Assembly (NCBI RefSeq): GCF_009914755.1 | Contig: NC_060947.1 | Origin: the human T2T-CHM13v2.0 reference genome, Homo sapiens | Length of the DNA: 64,000 nt | Strand: one strand, 5' to 3' | Shown: positions 27,623-39,544 of the stretch, piece after piece | How the letters are laid out: each line of letters opens with the position of its first letter | Numbering within the stretch: the first letter of the stretch is position 1 | Made by a program: the position numbers and the translations under genes | Notes under the pieces: model-generated | Database searches by the model: none | Told to the model about the DNA's origin: nothing | What the model saw: the letters and a program-made list of their open reading frames with translations, nothing else

Positions 27623-28498
27623 GAGAGTTAGGGCAGGTTTTAACTCCAAAATATCTGCTCCTCCCAGATAGGCATGCAGAGAGCTGCCTGCACCACACGG
27701 CAGGATTCGCTGTGTCACACATGGAGGAGGCCGGGAAGGTCTCTTGTGAGCCGCTGCAATGGTAGGGCCACCTGTGCTTTGTCTCCTGCATCTTTCTCAC
27801 AGAAGGTGAATGGTCATCTGTGTAGACACAAGGCCTGGGCAGTCAATCATATCCACCACCTATATGCAAAATTCCTGAATGAACCAAGGGCAGAGTGCTG
27901 CTGTCTTGAGAAAAAGTTTTCCGTGTGGCCCTGTATCATGTTCCTTCAGCAGCATCCAAACTGCATCTCTTGACTGCACCTGCAGCATCGGCTAGGGCTC
28001 TTGCCGCCTTATACTCAGAGGACTGGGCTCACTGACTGCTTTGGCTGCCACGGTGTGGACTTTGCCTCTGTGCACGCTTCTCTCCTGGTCCCAGGGCTCA
28101 CTGCACTTGCCTGGGGAACTCTCTGGCTCTTCCTCCTGGGATGGGGCTGAGGCTGGGCCCAGTCCACCCTGTGGACACTGGAGACCAGGAGAGGCTGGTT
28201 ATTGTGGACTGGGCTCTTCCTTGGGCTTTTGGGTGGCCCCTGCCCTGCACTCCCCATCTTCCTTCCTCCCCCTGTGCACTGACCCCCTCTGTGGCCCTCT
28301 TCCCTGCAGAAGACCCCTGGCTTCTCCACCTCCTGATGGATACTCTGGTTTTGACTGCTAACAGCAACAAGAAGAGCCCTCCTCTGTTCTTTCTCTGCTT
28401 TTCTTGGCAAATCCACCCACAGCTGCATCTGCAGGTGCCATTTCATTTTCAGCACTATAATATTTTTCTCCTTGCTTTTCTACCACAAGCTGTATTTT

Positions 28499-28636
28499 TT
28501 TCATTTATTTTTTTGTTTGTAGACATGGGATGCCTTGCCCTGTGGCCCAGGCTGGTCTCAAACTGGTGGCCTCAAGTGATTCTCCAGCCTCGGTCTCCCA
28601 GTGTTGGGATTAAGGCATGAGCCTCTGCGCCTGGCC
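28499..28636 (-). mobile_element. FLAM (free left Alu monomer)
   Basis: Single monomer flanked by TSD acaagctgtatttt (28485-28498 and 28637-28650). Confidence 0.85.
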
Positions 28637-30314
28637 ACAAGCTGTATTTTATTAAGTTTGCTGTAAAACACACCAAACAAACCTCAGAACCTCCACCGTT
28701 CTGGATACTGCAGACTGTGAAGGCCCAATCCCTGAATGGAGGGCTCAAAGCCCTTTAGGAGAGTACAAAAGACAGGACTCTTAGAAAAGTCTGGGCTGGT
28801 TTGTAGAAGTCGAAGTTCAAGTAACAACCTGAGTAACTCAAGGCTTCCTGGATTCCATCCTGCACTCGGTCTCCCTACAGAAGCTGCAGAACAGAAGGAA
28901 GGGCTGGCCCACCCTCCTCCTCAACAGCTGAGTGGTGAAAAGCCTCCTCTAAGGGAGGGTTACCCAGGCATGAGCGCTCCTTTTATTTTCTTCTTCTCTG
29001 TGAGGGGGAGAAAGAGCCAAGGCTCTCAGGGCAAGGAGATGGACGGATTGGCAGTGAGGCGGCACATTTTACTTCCTTGAGTGTTTGTTCTAGTAGTTGA
29101 GAGAGGAAGATTGACAAAAGGAAACTGCAGGCATCGAACAAGTGAGACACCACTGTCGGGTTTGAAAAGCCGAGTGAAGGAACAGAACAGAGGGCAGGCA
29201 GGACGATGGAGGTGCTCCGTGGAACTCTGACTAAGGCGAGTGTGCGAACAGGAAGAAAGGAGTGTGGACAAAGGCAGGAAAACAGCTGTATCCTCTAAAA
29301 ATGCTTCCAACAGTGTTTATTTAAAGCTTAAAATGTCATGGAGCTTTTAATTTAAAAGACACAGAACTGTGGGATTATAAATCTGTAGGGGACTGTGCAG
29401 ACAGACACTTTTCCTCACCATTTAGATAAAATAATCCTAAATCCGTGGAATAAGAAAGGATCTAAACAAGTAATTAAACTCCTCAGATCAAATGATAACT
29501 ACAGCTGTTGATGATGGCACACTTAAAGGGACAGCGTTGTGAAAGGAAAAATGCTGAAATAAAATAAAGGAGCATAAAACACTTGCACTAGGGCCATCAG
29601 ATGGATATTCTTCCCTGCTTACTAACAAGCTTGCAGCTTTAACATTGCTTCAGGGTCCTTTTTACCAGGAAAGGTCATATTGTTTTTAACATGCTAGGGC
29701 CACATACACTACTACCCTCCTTAGGAGAATTAGAAAATATCCCTTGTGACTGTGACCACTCCCCTCCTCCCAGCTGGAATCTGTGTGGCATGTTGAGAGC
29801 AGCTTCTGTAGTAGCTGCAAGGGCAGCATGGGGAGGGGGAGAGCCTGGCAGGGAGGTGGAAGCTCTGAAGAAGCTACAGGGTGCCCCAGGCTGGGGCCCA
29901 AAGACTGGCGGGTGTTTTCATCCTCAGAGGCAGCCTGAGTTCCCGGGGGCTTATGGGAGGCATTAAGGCTTAAATTAATTCAACTGTTATGGAAGCCCTG
30001 TGCCTGGAGGAAGTCTAGGCCGATGGCCTCTAAGTTTCTGTCTAAGGCGGAGACTGGGTAATTGCTGCAAATCAAGTAACATTTTATAACTGAAAATGTA
30101 TCTTAAATGCTCACTAAGTCCGCCCCTGAGGCACAGTGGTTGATGTTTTACCCAACAAAGATATAAAAAGCGAGGGTTTCTCCCCAACTGCTCTCTCAGG
30201 GAGCTGTACCTGCTTACCATGCAAATGGGGACCTATCTTCAATTTTATAACTGTGAGTTGCGTTATTTACGGGGAAAACACCTTGAGCCAACTGTCATTA
30301 AGAAGCACATATGG

Positions 30315-31080
30315 TGATACGGTTTGGCTGTGTCCCCACCTAAATCTCATCTGTTACATGCAGCCCTGTGAAGAGACCACCAAACAGGCTTTGTGTGAGC
30401 AATAAAGCTTTTTAATCACCTGGGTACAGGCAGACTGAGTCCGAAAAAGGAGTCAGCAAAGGGAGATAGGGGTGCGGCAGTTTTATAGGATTTGGGTAGG
30501 TAGTGGAAAATTACAGTTAAAGGGGGTTGTTCTCTTGCGGGCAGGGGTGGGGGTCACAAGGTGCTCAGTGGGGGAGCTTCTGAGACTCATTGTCCAGGAG
30601 AAGGAGTGTCACAAGGTCAATCAGTTAGGGTGGGGCAGGAACAAATCACAATGGTGGAGTGTCATCCATTAAGGCAGGAAGTGGCTATTTTCACTTTGTG
30701 GTTTTTCAGTTGCTTCAGGCCATCTGGATGTATACGTGCAGGTCACAGGGGATATGATGGCTTAGCTTGGGCTCAGAGGCCTGACAATCTCGAACTGTAA
30801 TCCCCAAGTGTGGAGGGAGGGAGGTGATTGGATCGTTGGGGTGGTTTCCCCCATGCTGTTCTCGTGATAGTGAGATCTGAAGGTTTTATAAGTGTTTGCA
30901 AGTGCCTCCTTTGCCCCTTTCTCCTGCTGCCTTGCCATCCCCTTCTGCCATGACTGTAAGTTTCCCGAGGCCTCCCCAGCCATGTGGAACTGTGGGTCAA
31001 TTAAACCTCTTTCCTCTACAGAATACCCAGTCTCAGGGAAGTTCTTTATAGCAGTGTGAGAACAGAGTAACATTAATACA
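30315..31080 (+). mobile_element. THE1D/MSTA MaLR solo LTR interrupted by LTR7
   Basis: tgatacggtttggctgtgtccccacc...attaataca; TSD tatgg/catgg. Confidence 0.88.
30352..30786 (-). mobile_element. HERV-H solo LTR (LTR7 family, LTR7C-like)
   Basis: Minus strand TGTCAGGCCTCTGAGCCCAAGCTAAGCC...CTCTTCACAGGGCTGCATGTAACA; TATAAAA (30487-30481) and ATTAAA (30416-30411) intact. Confidence 0.92.
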
Positions 31081-31278
31081 CATGGGAAGGCCTGATTTTG
31101 CTCCTACCCTCATGTTCATACAAGACCTAGGGCTTTGGGGACCCAAGAGACCTGCAGAAAACTCCCAGCTCAGCTGCACGCCCTGGGACAAGTTTCTTAG
31201 CCTGTCTAACATACGATGTTTATTGGAGAAATGTATTTAATAGCCGCTGACCTGCAGAGCGGGGGTGGCCTTAAAGCT

Positions 31279-31300
31279 GGGGGTGGGGTGGGGCGGGGGG
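31279..31300 (+). promoter_or_regulatory. G-quadruplex-forming / GC-box tract
   Basis: GGGGGTGGGGTGGGGCGGGGGG: four runs of at least 4 G with 1-nt loops; contains GGGGCGGGG. Confidence 0.5.
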
Positions 31301-32473
31301 AGATGCTTTAGGTGTGGGAGGTGGCAGGCAGCCCAGGCAGTGAAGCCAGGTCCTCTAAAGCCTGGTGGTCTTTCGGGAAACCCCAACTCTGCAGCTTTCT
31401 AGCCGGAAACTCTGGAAGCTAGCAGCCTTGGGTAAAGCACCTATAAAATGAGGATCCTATTCATACTGCAGGTCTTATAAGCCTGCTGGACCTTGGCTTG
31501 CACACCTCTAAAATGGGATCCTAATGATGTAGTCATGCCACACACCTTCTAGGCGGTTGCGTCCATGGAGTGAAATAATCTGTGTTGTGCTCTGAGCGCT
31601 TGGCCCAGAATTACCTCTGAGCATCAACATATGGAATCATTAGGGAATGCTTTTGTTAACCGTGAGTTATAGGGAATTGACAAGATCTGCTGTCTCCCTT
31701 AACAGCAACGCTCCAGTAAGAGCAAACAGCTATTGAACTTGAGAAACTAAAGTGCCTCCTACCAAATATTTTGCTTAAAAAAAAAAAAAAGCAAACAAAA
31801 CTATCAATTATTTGGAATTCACCAATACATCACACCTGCTAGGCACATTAAACCAGCTTCACAAACACTTCTTAATTGCCGGGGCTGCAGAGGAACAAAC
31901 ACAGCCTCTGTTCCCAATTCCATAACCCAAAAGCTTCTGAAAACACTGCAAAATCTGTACTGGGCTAGCATGAGGTGGTTTTAATGGTCCACATTTATCA
32001 TACTTAGTGCGACTCTTCAAGCACTTCCCTATAGAAATACTAATGGATTTGATTACGGGTGCTGCCTGAGAACGTTCTGTGTCATGGAACATATGAATTC
32101 TAATACCTTTTAAAAATAACCTATATTTAAATACATCTGGCTCCATAGATTTTGGGTAACGGATTATGAACCCGAGTTTGTGACCGCTTACTTATGAAGT
32201 TACACTTTGTGCATCTTGCACAACTGAATCTACTTAATGCTTTTTTTCTCCAAAACTAATCTTGATGTATCTTGAGCATAATTTTTATTCCCAATTACAA
32301 AAAAGAGAAAAAACTTAAAGCCAGTGTTTTGTGTTAGATAGGCTAGTTCCTTAAAGACACAAAATAAACTACAAGAAAGGCTGATCTTGAGTTAGAATCA
32401 AATTGTCACAATCTGACAGTTATGAAGATGTTAGCTGACTGTGTGTGTGCACGTTTTAAGAGTTCAGCTTTTC

Positions 32474-32814
<341 letters not shown>

Positions 32815-32867
32815 TAAGTAGATCCCTCAGATGCTTCTTTCCTTGCTTGCACTTCCTTCTGCTCAGC

Positions 32868-33048
32868 TGGGGCAGCAGTGGAGGGGCAGGACTGCCTACA
32901 GGTACAGGTCCAGCAGCCCCCATGCTGCTGCAGAGGAGGTTCCCAATGTTGACTCTGGCTGGGGAAATGGTACAGGGGCAGAACTGCCTGTAGGTACAGG
33001 TCCACCAGCCCCCATGCTACCAAAAAGGCTCCCGATGTTGACACTGGC
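32868..33048. repeat. Two-copy tandem duplication, ~92-bp unit
   Basis: aggggcag(g/a)actgcct..aggtacaggtcca(g/c)cagcccccatgct..tccc(a/g)atgttgac(t/a)ctggc at 32882 and 32974. Confidence 0.88.
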
Positions 33049-33622
33049 CAGGCCCTTGCAAACAGGTCAGGCCCAAAAGTTTCACCATTTACACTAGCTG
33101 CTTTAATGAGGGCGACGGTCTTATGTGATGGTCACCACACTGCACTGTAGAATGAGGGCCGAGTAGATGCAAGTGAGCTCAAACAAAGATGGAGGCCATG
33201 GTGTGGGCGAGTGCGGGGCTGGTGCCACCGGGCAGGGTGCTAGTCACCCAATGAGTGACAGCTTCACAAGGCCTTAGCTTCCTCGGAAGGGCTAAGCACC
33301 TTAATGGCAGCTGAGGAAAGAGGGTCAGCAGTGTTTTGAATGTGTGTAAAACCACATTTTAAAGTGAAGTTGCTTTAATTAAAAAACCCAACATCCAGTA
33401 CATTTTGATAGAAGTGGTGGTGTCATTTTTCTGAACCATTTTGACAGTACATAGTAGCTAATCAGTAATTGTTCAATTTATTTAAAATGTACACCACTAG
33501 TATTGTTCATCTAAGATATTCTACTGCTTGTTTCCTAAACACCTTGATTCTCGAAATGAGGTCCCCGGACCAGCAGCATCAGTATGAAGTGAGATGCTGT
33601 CCAACTACATATTCTTGGACTC

Positions 33623-34385
33623 TGTCTTATTCCATTTTCTGCTGCTTATTAACAGAATGCCTAAAACGTGGTAATGTATGAAGACATTCATTTCTTACAG
33701 TTATGGGGACTGAGAAGTCCAACGTCGAGGGGACACATTTTGGGAGGGCCTTCTTGCTGGTGGGGACTCCATGGAGTCCCGAGGCAGCACAGAGCATCAC
33801 ATCTTGAGGGGGCTGAGTATGCTAGCTCAGGTCTCTCTCTCTCTCTCTCTTTTTCTTTTTTTCTTTTTTCTCTCTTTGAGACGGAGTCTCGCACTGTAGC
33901 CAGGGCTGGAGTGCAAAGGCGTGATCTCAGCTCACTGAAACCTCTGCATCCCAGGTTCATGCAATTCTCCTGCCTCAGCCTCCCGAGTAGCTGGGATTAC
34001 AAGTGCACACCACCATGCCTGGCTAATTTTTTGTAGAGATGGGGTTTAGTAGAGATGGGGTTTCACTATGTTGGCCAGGCTGGTCCCAAACTCCTGACCT
34101 CATGATCCACCTGCCTCGGCCTCCCAAAGTCCTGGGATTACAGGTGTGAGCCACAGTGCCCAGCCTCCTCCTCTTCTTACAAAGCCAGCAGTCCCACTCC
34201 TTTGATAACGCATTCATCCAACAACTCACTAATCTATTAATCCATGAACGAAAGGGTCCATTCATGAGGGCAGAGCCTTCATGACCCAACACCTCTTAGA
34301 GACCCCACACCTCTCAATACTGCCACATTGGGGATTAAGTTTCAACATGAGTTTCAGAGAGAACAAACGTTCAAACCACACAGCA
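33623..34385 (-). mobile_element. MSTC-like MaLR LTR (contains an Alu)
   Basis: tgtcttattccattttctgctgct..ggggattaagtttcaacatgag..aaaccacacagca. Confidence 0.82.
33851..34165 (-). mobile_element. AluS inserted in the MST LTR
   Basis: Reverse Alu; gtagagatgggg duplicated. Confidence 0.92.
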
Positions 34386-35817
34386 GGCCCTACCCCAGAT
34401 CTACAGAATCAGAAGCTGGGGTGGGACCTAGCAATGTGTGTTTTACAGAGCCCTCTCAGTGATTTGAATGTGTGCTCAAGTGGAGGGCCACTGACCTGGC
34501 ATTATGTTTTCATGTAAGACTTGTGCTCTATAAAGTTGTGATTTTAAAAATATATCAATCTTAACTAAGAAGTGCTTAATTGTACATATACAAATGTACA
34601 AATTAGTACAAATTAAAGAATAAACAATCTATGATGATATTCATCCCAGTACTTACTTTCCTTTATATTGTACCCCATTATGGTTTAGTTACATTTATTT
34701 TCCTATTTCCTTCTGTCACCCCCAAATCAGACTTATGTTAATGTGTTTGTAATGAAAGAGAGATTTAAAAATAAGGACCCTTAAACATGCCCCATTCTTT
34801 CTCAAGTTAACTGCAGCAAATGATTCCAATAAATTGGAGTTCTCAGTTAATAATAGTTAATTAGGCCTGCATCAAATGAGATGTAGAATTCAATGAAAGT
34901 TATGCACAGCATTCTCACGGACATGGCCAGGGTAAAGTGCTTATGAAGACATGCCCTAATAAGCTAGCTCTTTTAAAGAAACATGCATCTTGGAATAAAA
35001 ACACTGACAACTTAATGGAACATACCATATGCAAGGATTAGTTAATTGGCTCAACTCTCTTAAATGGAAATCAAGAAAAAAACATTTTCTAGGCTGGAAT
35101 CATTACATATGAAATCACAGTTGTCCTTGGTGACCTTCTTTTGAGAGTAACTACTGAAACTTTTACATCGCTATATATATATGTTCTAACATAAGATCCT
35201 CCTTTTCTTCTAGTGAAAGCATTTCCAGCTTTATGAAAGATATTGGAAAATAAGGGTCAATTTCCAAAAACCAACTTTCGGTCAGTAAGTAGCACAGCAA
35301 TCCTAAAAACTGAGCTTTGAACTACATAAGCTAGGAAATCCAGCCCTTCACAGCAGAAAGGTTTCAGCCTTCTGAAATGGCTAGTTCAGACAGCTGGGGT
35401 TGCCTTGGGCTTTTTTTGACCTTCTTAACCAGCCAAGCTTACTTAGTAATCCCTAGAACCCTAACAGCAAAAACTGTTCTGAAAGGTCACTGTGGGCAAC
35501 AGCTGTTTCACATTGCTCTCTATGCTCCTGGCACACAGCACAGAGCCCAGATCCTGTCGGCAGCGCTATTTCACTTCACTCCCAGAGTCACGTCCACGCA
35601 CGTGGCTGCAAGGGGGAGCTGGCCTAAGCCTGCAGTGAGGAGTGAGGCCAAACCACACCACCTCTTTGCATGGACTGGAAGAGTCTATCTGCTCAAAGCA
35701 TCCTAGTGTCATAGGAAGGCATTATTACATTTGCGGGAAGACAAGAGAAGCCCACGAAAAGACCAGATTCTGGTAAATGAGGAGGCACTGAGTTAAGTTA
35801 TAAAGATAACTGTCCAT

Positions 35818-36150
35818 GTGTGAAGGTAAATGAAAATCTCTTCAAATGAGAACGAGCAGAGGCTATTCATTCAGAGATTGCATAGCAAGAAAGTTGGACA
35901 CCAGCACTTGCCTTTGGCAGAAGCTCAAATGCAGGTTGGGGAGCTGGGAAAGCTTTACAGTTGGAAAAGGGAGGCTTCAGGTGGGCCCTGACTGGAGGCT
36001 GTTGTGGGGGCTGGGGGTGGCTCACTAGAAGTGAGGCATCTCATGGGATTGGCTTGGGAAACATTTTGGCTCTCTGGCTGGCGGTGGAAACTCTGTAGGC
36101 ATGCCTGAGACAATCAAGTCCCTTAAAGGAGATAAGTCATTGAGCTGGCC
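35818..36150 (-). mobile_element. ERV LTR fragment, subfamily not determined
   Basis: gcagaggctattcattcagag..gggaaagctttacag..ccctgactggaggctgttg resembles a reverse LTR with decayed AATAAA/TATA/CCAAT. Confidence 0.5.
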
Positions 36151-36496
36151 AAGGACCCTGGGCTGCCGACTAGACTCATGGGATGAGTGTGGCTGCCCTC
36201 CTACCCTGGCCTGCCTCCTGGTTTCTTCCCAGCCACCTTGGCCATCCGTTAGCAAACCCCTAGCATGTTCCCAGGTGGATGGTGGGCCAGGCACTTCTCT
36301 CTGGGCCCTGGGACCCCTGCCCTGCTCAGCCTCATTCACCATTCTATATTCCACAGGCACTCCTGCATCCCTTACCACATGCCCTTGCCCAGCCTTTGGT
36401 AATGACCAATCAGAATGAACTAATCTCCATGCCCCCTCTACGCCAAAAAGACCCTGCATCAGGTCAGTGTTTATGAGGAGAAACTGCATTGGTCAG

Positions 36497-37862
36497 TAAT
36501 AGAGTTTATATATTTATTCCCTCCCAAATCTCATGCTGAATTGTAGCCCTCAATGTTGGAGGCAGGGCTTGGTGGGAGGTATACTGATCATGGGGGCAGA
36601 TCCTTCGCTTGGGCCATCCTCCACTTGGTGATCAGTGAGCTCTTGCTCTGAGTTCACATGAGAGCTGGTGGTTTAAAAGTGCATGGTACCTCCCCCCAAC
36701 TCTCTCTCTGGCTCATGCTTTTGCCATGTTACATGCCTGCTCCTGCTTACCCGTCCACCGTGATTGTAAGCCTCTTGAGGACTCCCCCGAAGCAGCTGCC
36801 ACTATGCTTCCTGTATAACCTGCAGAAATGTGAGCCAATTAAACCGTTGTTCTTCTAAATTATCTAGACTCAGCCATTTCTTTAAGGCAATGCAAGCACG
36901 GCCTAATACAGAAAATTGGTACCAGAAGTGGCGTGTTGCTACAAGGATACCTGAAAATATGGAAGTGACTTTGGAATTGGGTAACAGGCAGAGGTTGGAA
37001 GAGTTTGGAGGGCTCAGAAGAACACAGGAAGATGAGAGAAAAGTTGCAGCTTCCTAGAGAACAGTTAAATGGTTGTGATCAAAATGCTGATAGTGATATG
37101 GATGGTGAAGTCCAGGCCAACAAGGTCTCACATGGAAATGAGAAACTGAGAACTGGAGGAAAGGTCACACATGTTATTTCTTAGCAAAGAACTTGGCTGC
37201 ATTCTGTTCATGCCCTAGGGTTCTGTGGAAGTTAGAACTTCAGGGTAATCCTTTAGGTTATCTAGCAGAACAAATTTCTAAGCAGCAAAGCATGCTATGT
37301 GTAACCTGGCTTCTTCTAACAGACTACGCTCAGATGCAGAAGCAAAGAAATGACAAAGTTGGAAGTTATATTTAAAGGGAAGGTAGAGCAAAAAAGTTTA
37401 GGAAATATGCTGCCTGGCCATGTGGCAGAGAACGAAAAAGCTTTTTCAGGAGAGGAATTCAAGCAGGCTGTGGAGCAACCACTTGCCAGAGAAATTTGCA
37501 TATCTAAAAAGGAGGGAAGTGCTGACACCAAAACAGTGGGGGAAAGGTCTCACAGGTATTTCAGAAGTCTCCAAGGCAGCCTCTCTCATCACAGGCCCAG
37601 GGGCCTAGAAGAGAAGGGTGGTTTCCTGAGCCACGCCCAGGGCCCAGCTGCCTCAGGACACTGCTCCCCTCATCCCCACTGCTCCTGCTTCAGCCAGGGC
37701 TCAAAGGGAGCTCATCCTGGTGCTCTGTAGGCACACAAGCCACACGCCTTAGTGGCTTGCTTTCTGTATAGCCTACAGAATTGTGAGCCATTTAAACCCA
37801 TTTTCTTACAAATTACGTGGACTCAGGCATTTCTTTATAGCAATACAATATGTCCTAATACA
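36497..37862 (+). mobile_element. Internally deleted MSTB provirus: 5' LTR 36497-36910, MST-int 36911-~37755, 3' LTR remnant ~37757-37862
   Basis: LTR end cctaataca followed by gaaaattggtacc (MaLR internal start); second cctaataca at 37862; TSD gtcag/atcag. Confidence 0.9.
36751..36819 (-). CDS. PUDP: PUDP alternative 69-nt cassette exon derived from an antisense MSTB LTR
   Basis: CATTTCTGCAG|GTTATACAGG...TGGACGG|GTAAGC; phase 1-1; encodes GYTGSIVAAASGESSRGLQSRWT, matching the 23-aa insert I recall in the long (251-aa) HDHD1 isoform. Confidence 0.85.
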
Positions 37863-39544
37863 ATCAGGAAACTTTAACACAGTCTGGAGAACTGTCACAC
37901 TTATGTGGGCTTGGATGCTGACATATTTGGGTTTTACCCTTTGCTCTATTCTCAAGGCCTGCCATTACCAGATCTAATTCATGTATATATTTTCTTATCC
38001 CAATGTATAGCAGAAAGACACTGTGATTTGCAGGAAACACTCCAAAACTATAGAACAGTGAGGCTGAGTGTGAGCAAAAATCAGAGGTAAGTATGTCACA
38101 GGAAAAGGAAATCAAAGTTAGTGCTGTTAAAGTCCAAAAACACAAAATATATTCCTCTCTTTTAGGTTTTCTGCAATCTCCATCCAACTTGCCTTCCATG
38201 AATAAATACCTGTCTATAAACTAGGAGAAAACCCAAACCTACCTGGTTCAAAATTTAACGGTATGGTTTGCTTGTTTTGGTTAAGTACTGTACTGCACCC
38301 GTATGACTGGCTCACTGCTCCTTGCTGCTATATGTGTTATTTCATTTACACTGTGGAAACTGAAGAACAAAACTGTAATGCTATGAACTAGAATCCAAAC
38401 GAACCTAAAATTGACTTTCCCCTTAAATTAAAATTCAGTCCAGGTTTCCAGTGACTGAGCACAGAGCCCCTTCTGAGACAAATATTTCTAAGTTGGGACC
38501 ATCCTGTGTCACACAAGTAAACATAACATGTAATATTGATTCAAATCATAGATGAAAAATCTCGAGAAGCCAGATATCCCGGGTATGCAGAAATGGCACA
38601 TGCTCAGAATACAATCAGTTTAATTAAACAAATGTTGACTGGGTACCTACTTTGTGCTAGGCACCAAGAAAAATGTGACAACTGACATGGAGACAGTCCT
38701 TACAAGGTTAAATAAATCAGTAATCAGAAATGATAAGTTCATTAATATATTTTGAAACAAATACTGACAAAGAGAAACCTTGCAAAAACAGTGATTAAGA
38801 ATACATCACTATGTAAATCAGAATGTTTTTCTCACCTGAAGACCTATCCATATGTCACCTTCAGCTAACTAATTTCAATGACCTATTATCTAAGAAATGT
38901 CCTCTCAGACCCGAAAACAGAAGTCAGGTAGAAGCAATGTTACAAGCCAAGCACAAATTCCTAGCAGTATGAGAAGGGAGAAGACACGGTGATGAGAACA
39001 TCAAATGATGAGAAGTGCAATCATCTGTTCTTCAACAAATGTTGCAAGTTGTTAACACGCTGTGAGCACTACCGCGCTTTTCCCTACAACCACTAACGTA
39101 TTTTGTGCTTTATATATACAGGATAGAAACTTCCACAGCACCGTGCTGTCACTGTTTCACCTTTACAAATGAGCCTGCATGTAAATGCTAGTGCTTTCTC
39201 GTGTTTAGGAATTTAAAGGACTGAAATGAATAATTAAGCATAAAATTAAGAGTCTCAGTAATATTGCCTCAAATGAGAAGCTTGCTCTAGTGGGCTTAGA
39301 AAAAAGTATTTAAGTATTTGATATATCGCTTCCTGTAGCTGTAAGCTATCATTTTTGAACTGTAGAGAAAAAATAATAAATATGATTGCTTAAAATAGAG
39401 ATCTGTAAAGATAATTGAGTGATCATCTGCAAAGTAAAACTCTTGATTAGCATGTGGCATAATTCACAGGCATTAGCAATTCTATTTAATAGGTATGGGA
39501 ATTGGTCTAAGAATTTTTTTCTCATCCATATTTAAATTTAAAAA

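Larger units (their letters stand above)
33543..34493 (+). mobile_element. MER5A (hAT-Charlie) split into 33543-33622 and 34386-34493
   Basis: ggtccccggaccagcagcatcag on the left; ggccctaccccagatctacagaatcagaa..ccactg on the right. Confidence 0.75.

Noticed and set aside
28015-28620. Cluster of 90-159-aa ORFs on both strands
   Set aside because: GC-rich low-stop sequence running into a FLAM; no recognisable domain.
30940-30991. Antisense THE1 cryptic exon (acceptor CCCACAG|TTCC)
   Set aside because: The usual downstream donor position reads GAAG|GGGATG, with no GT.
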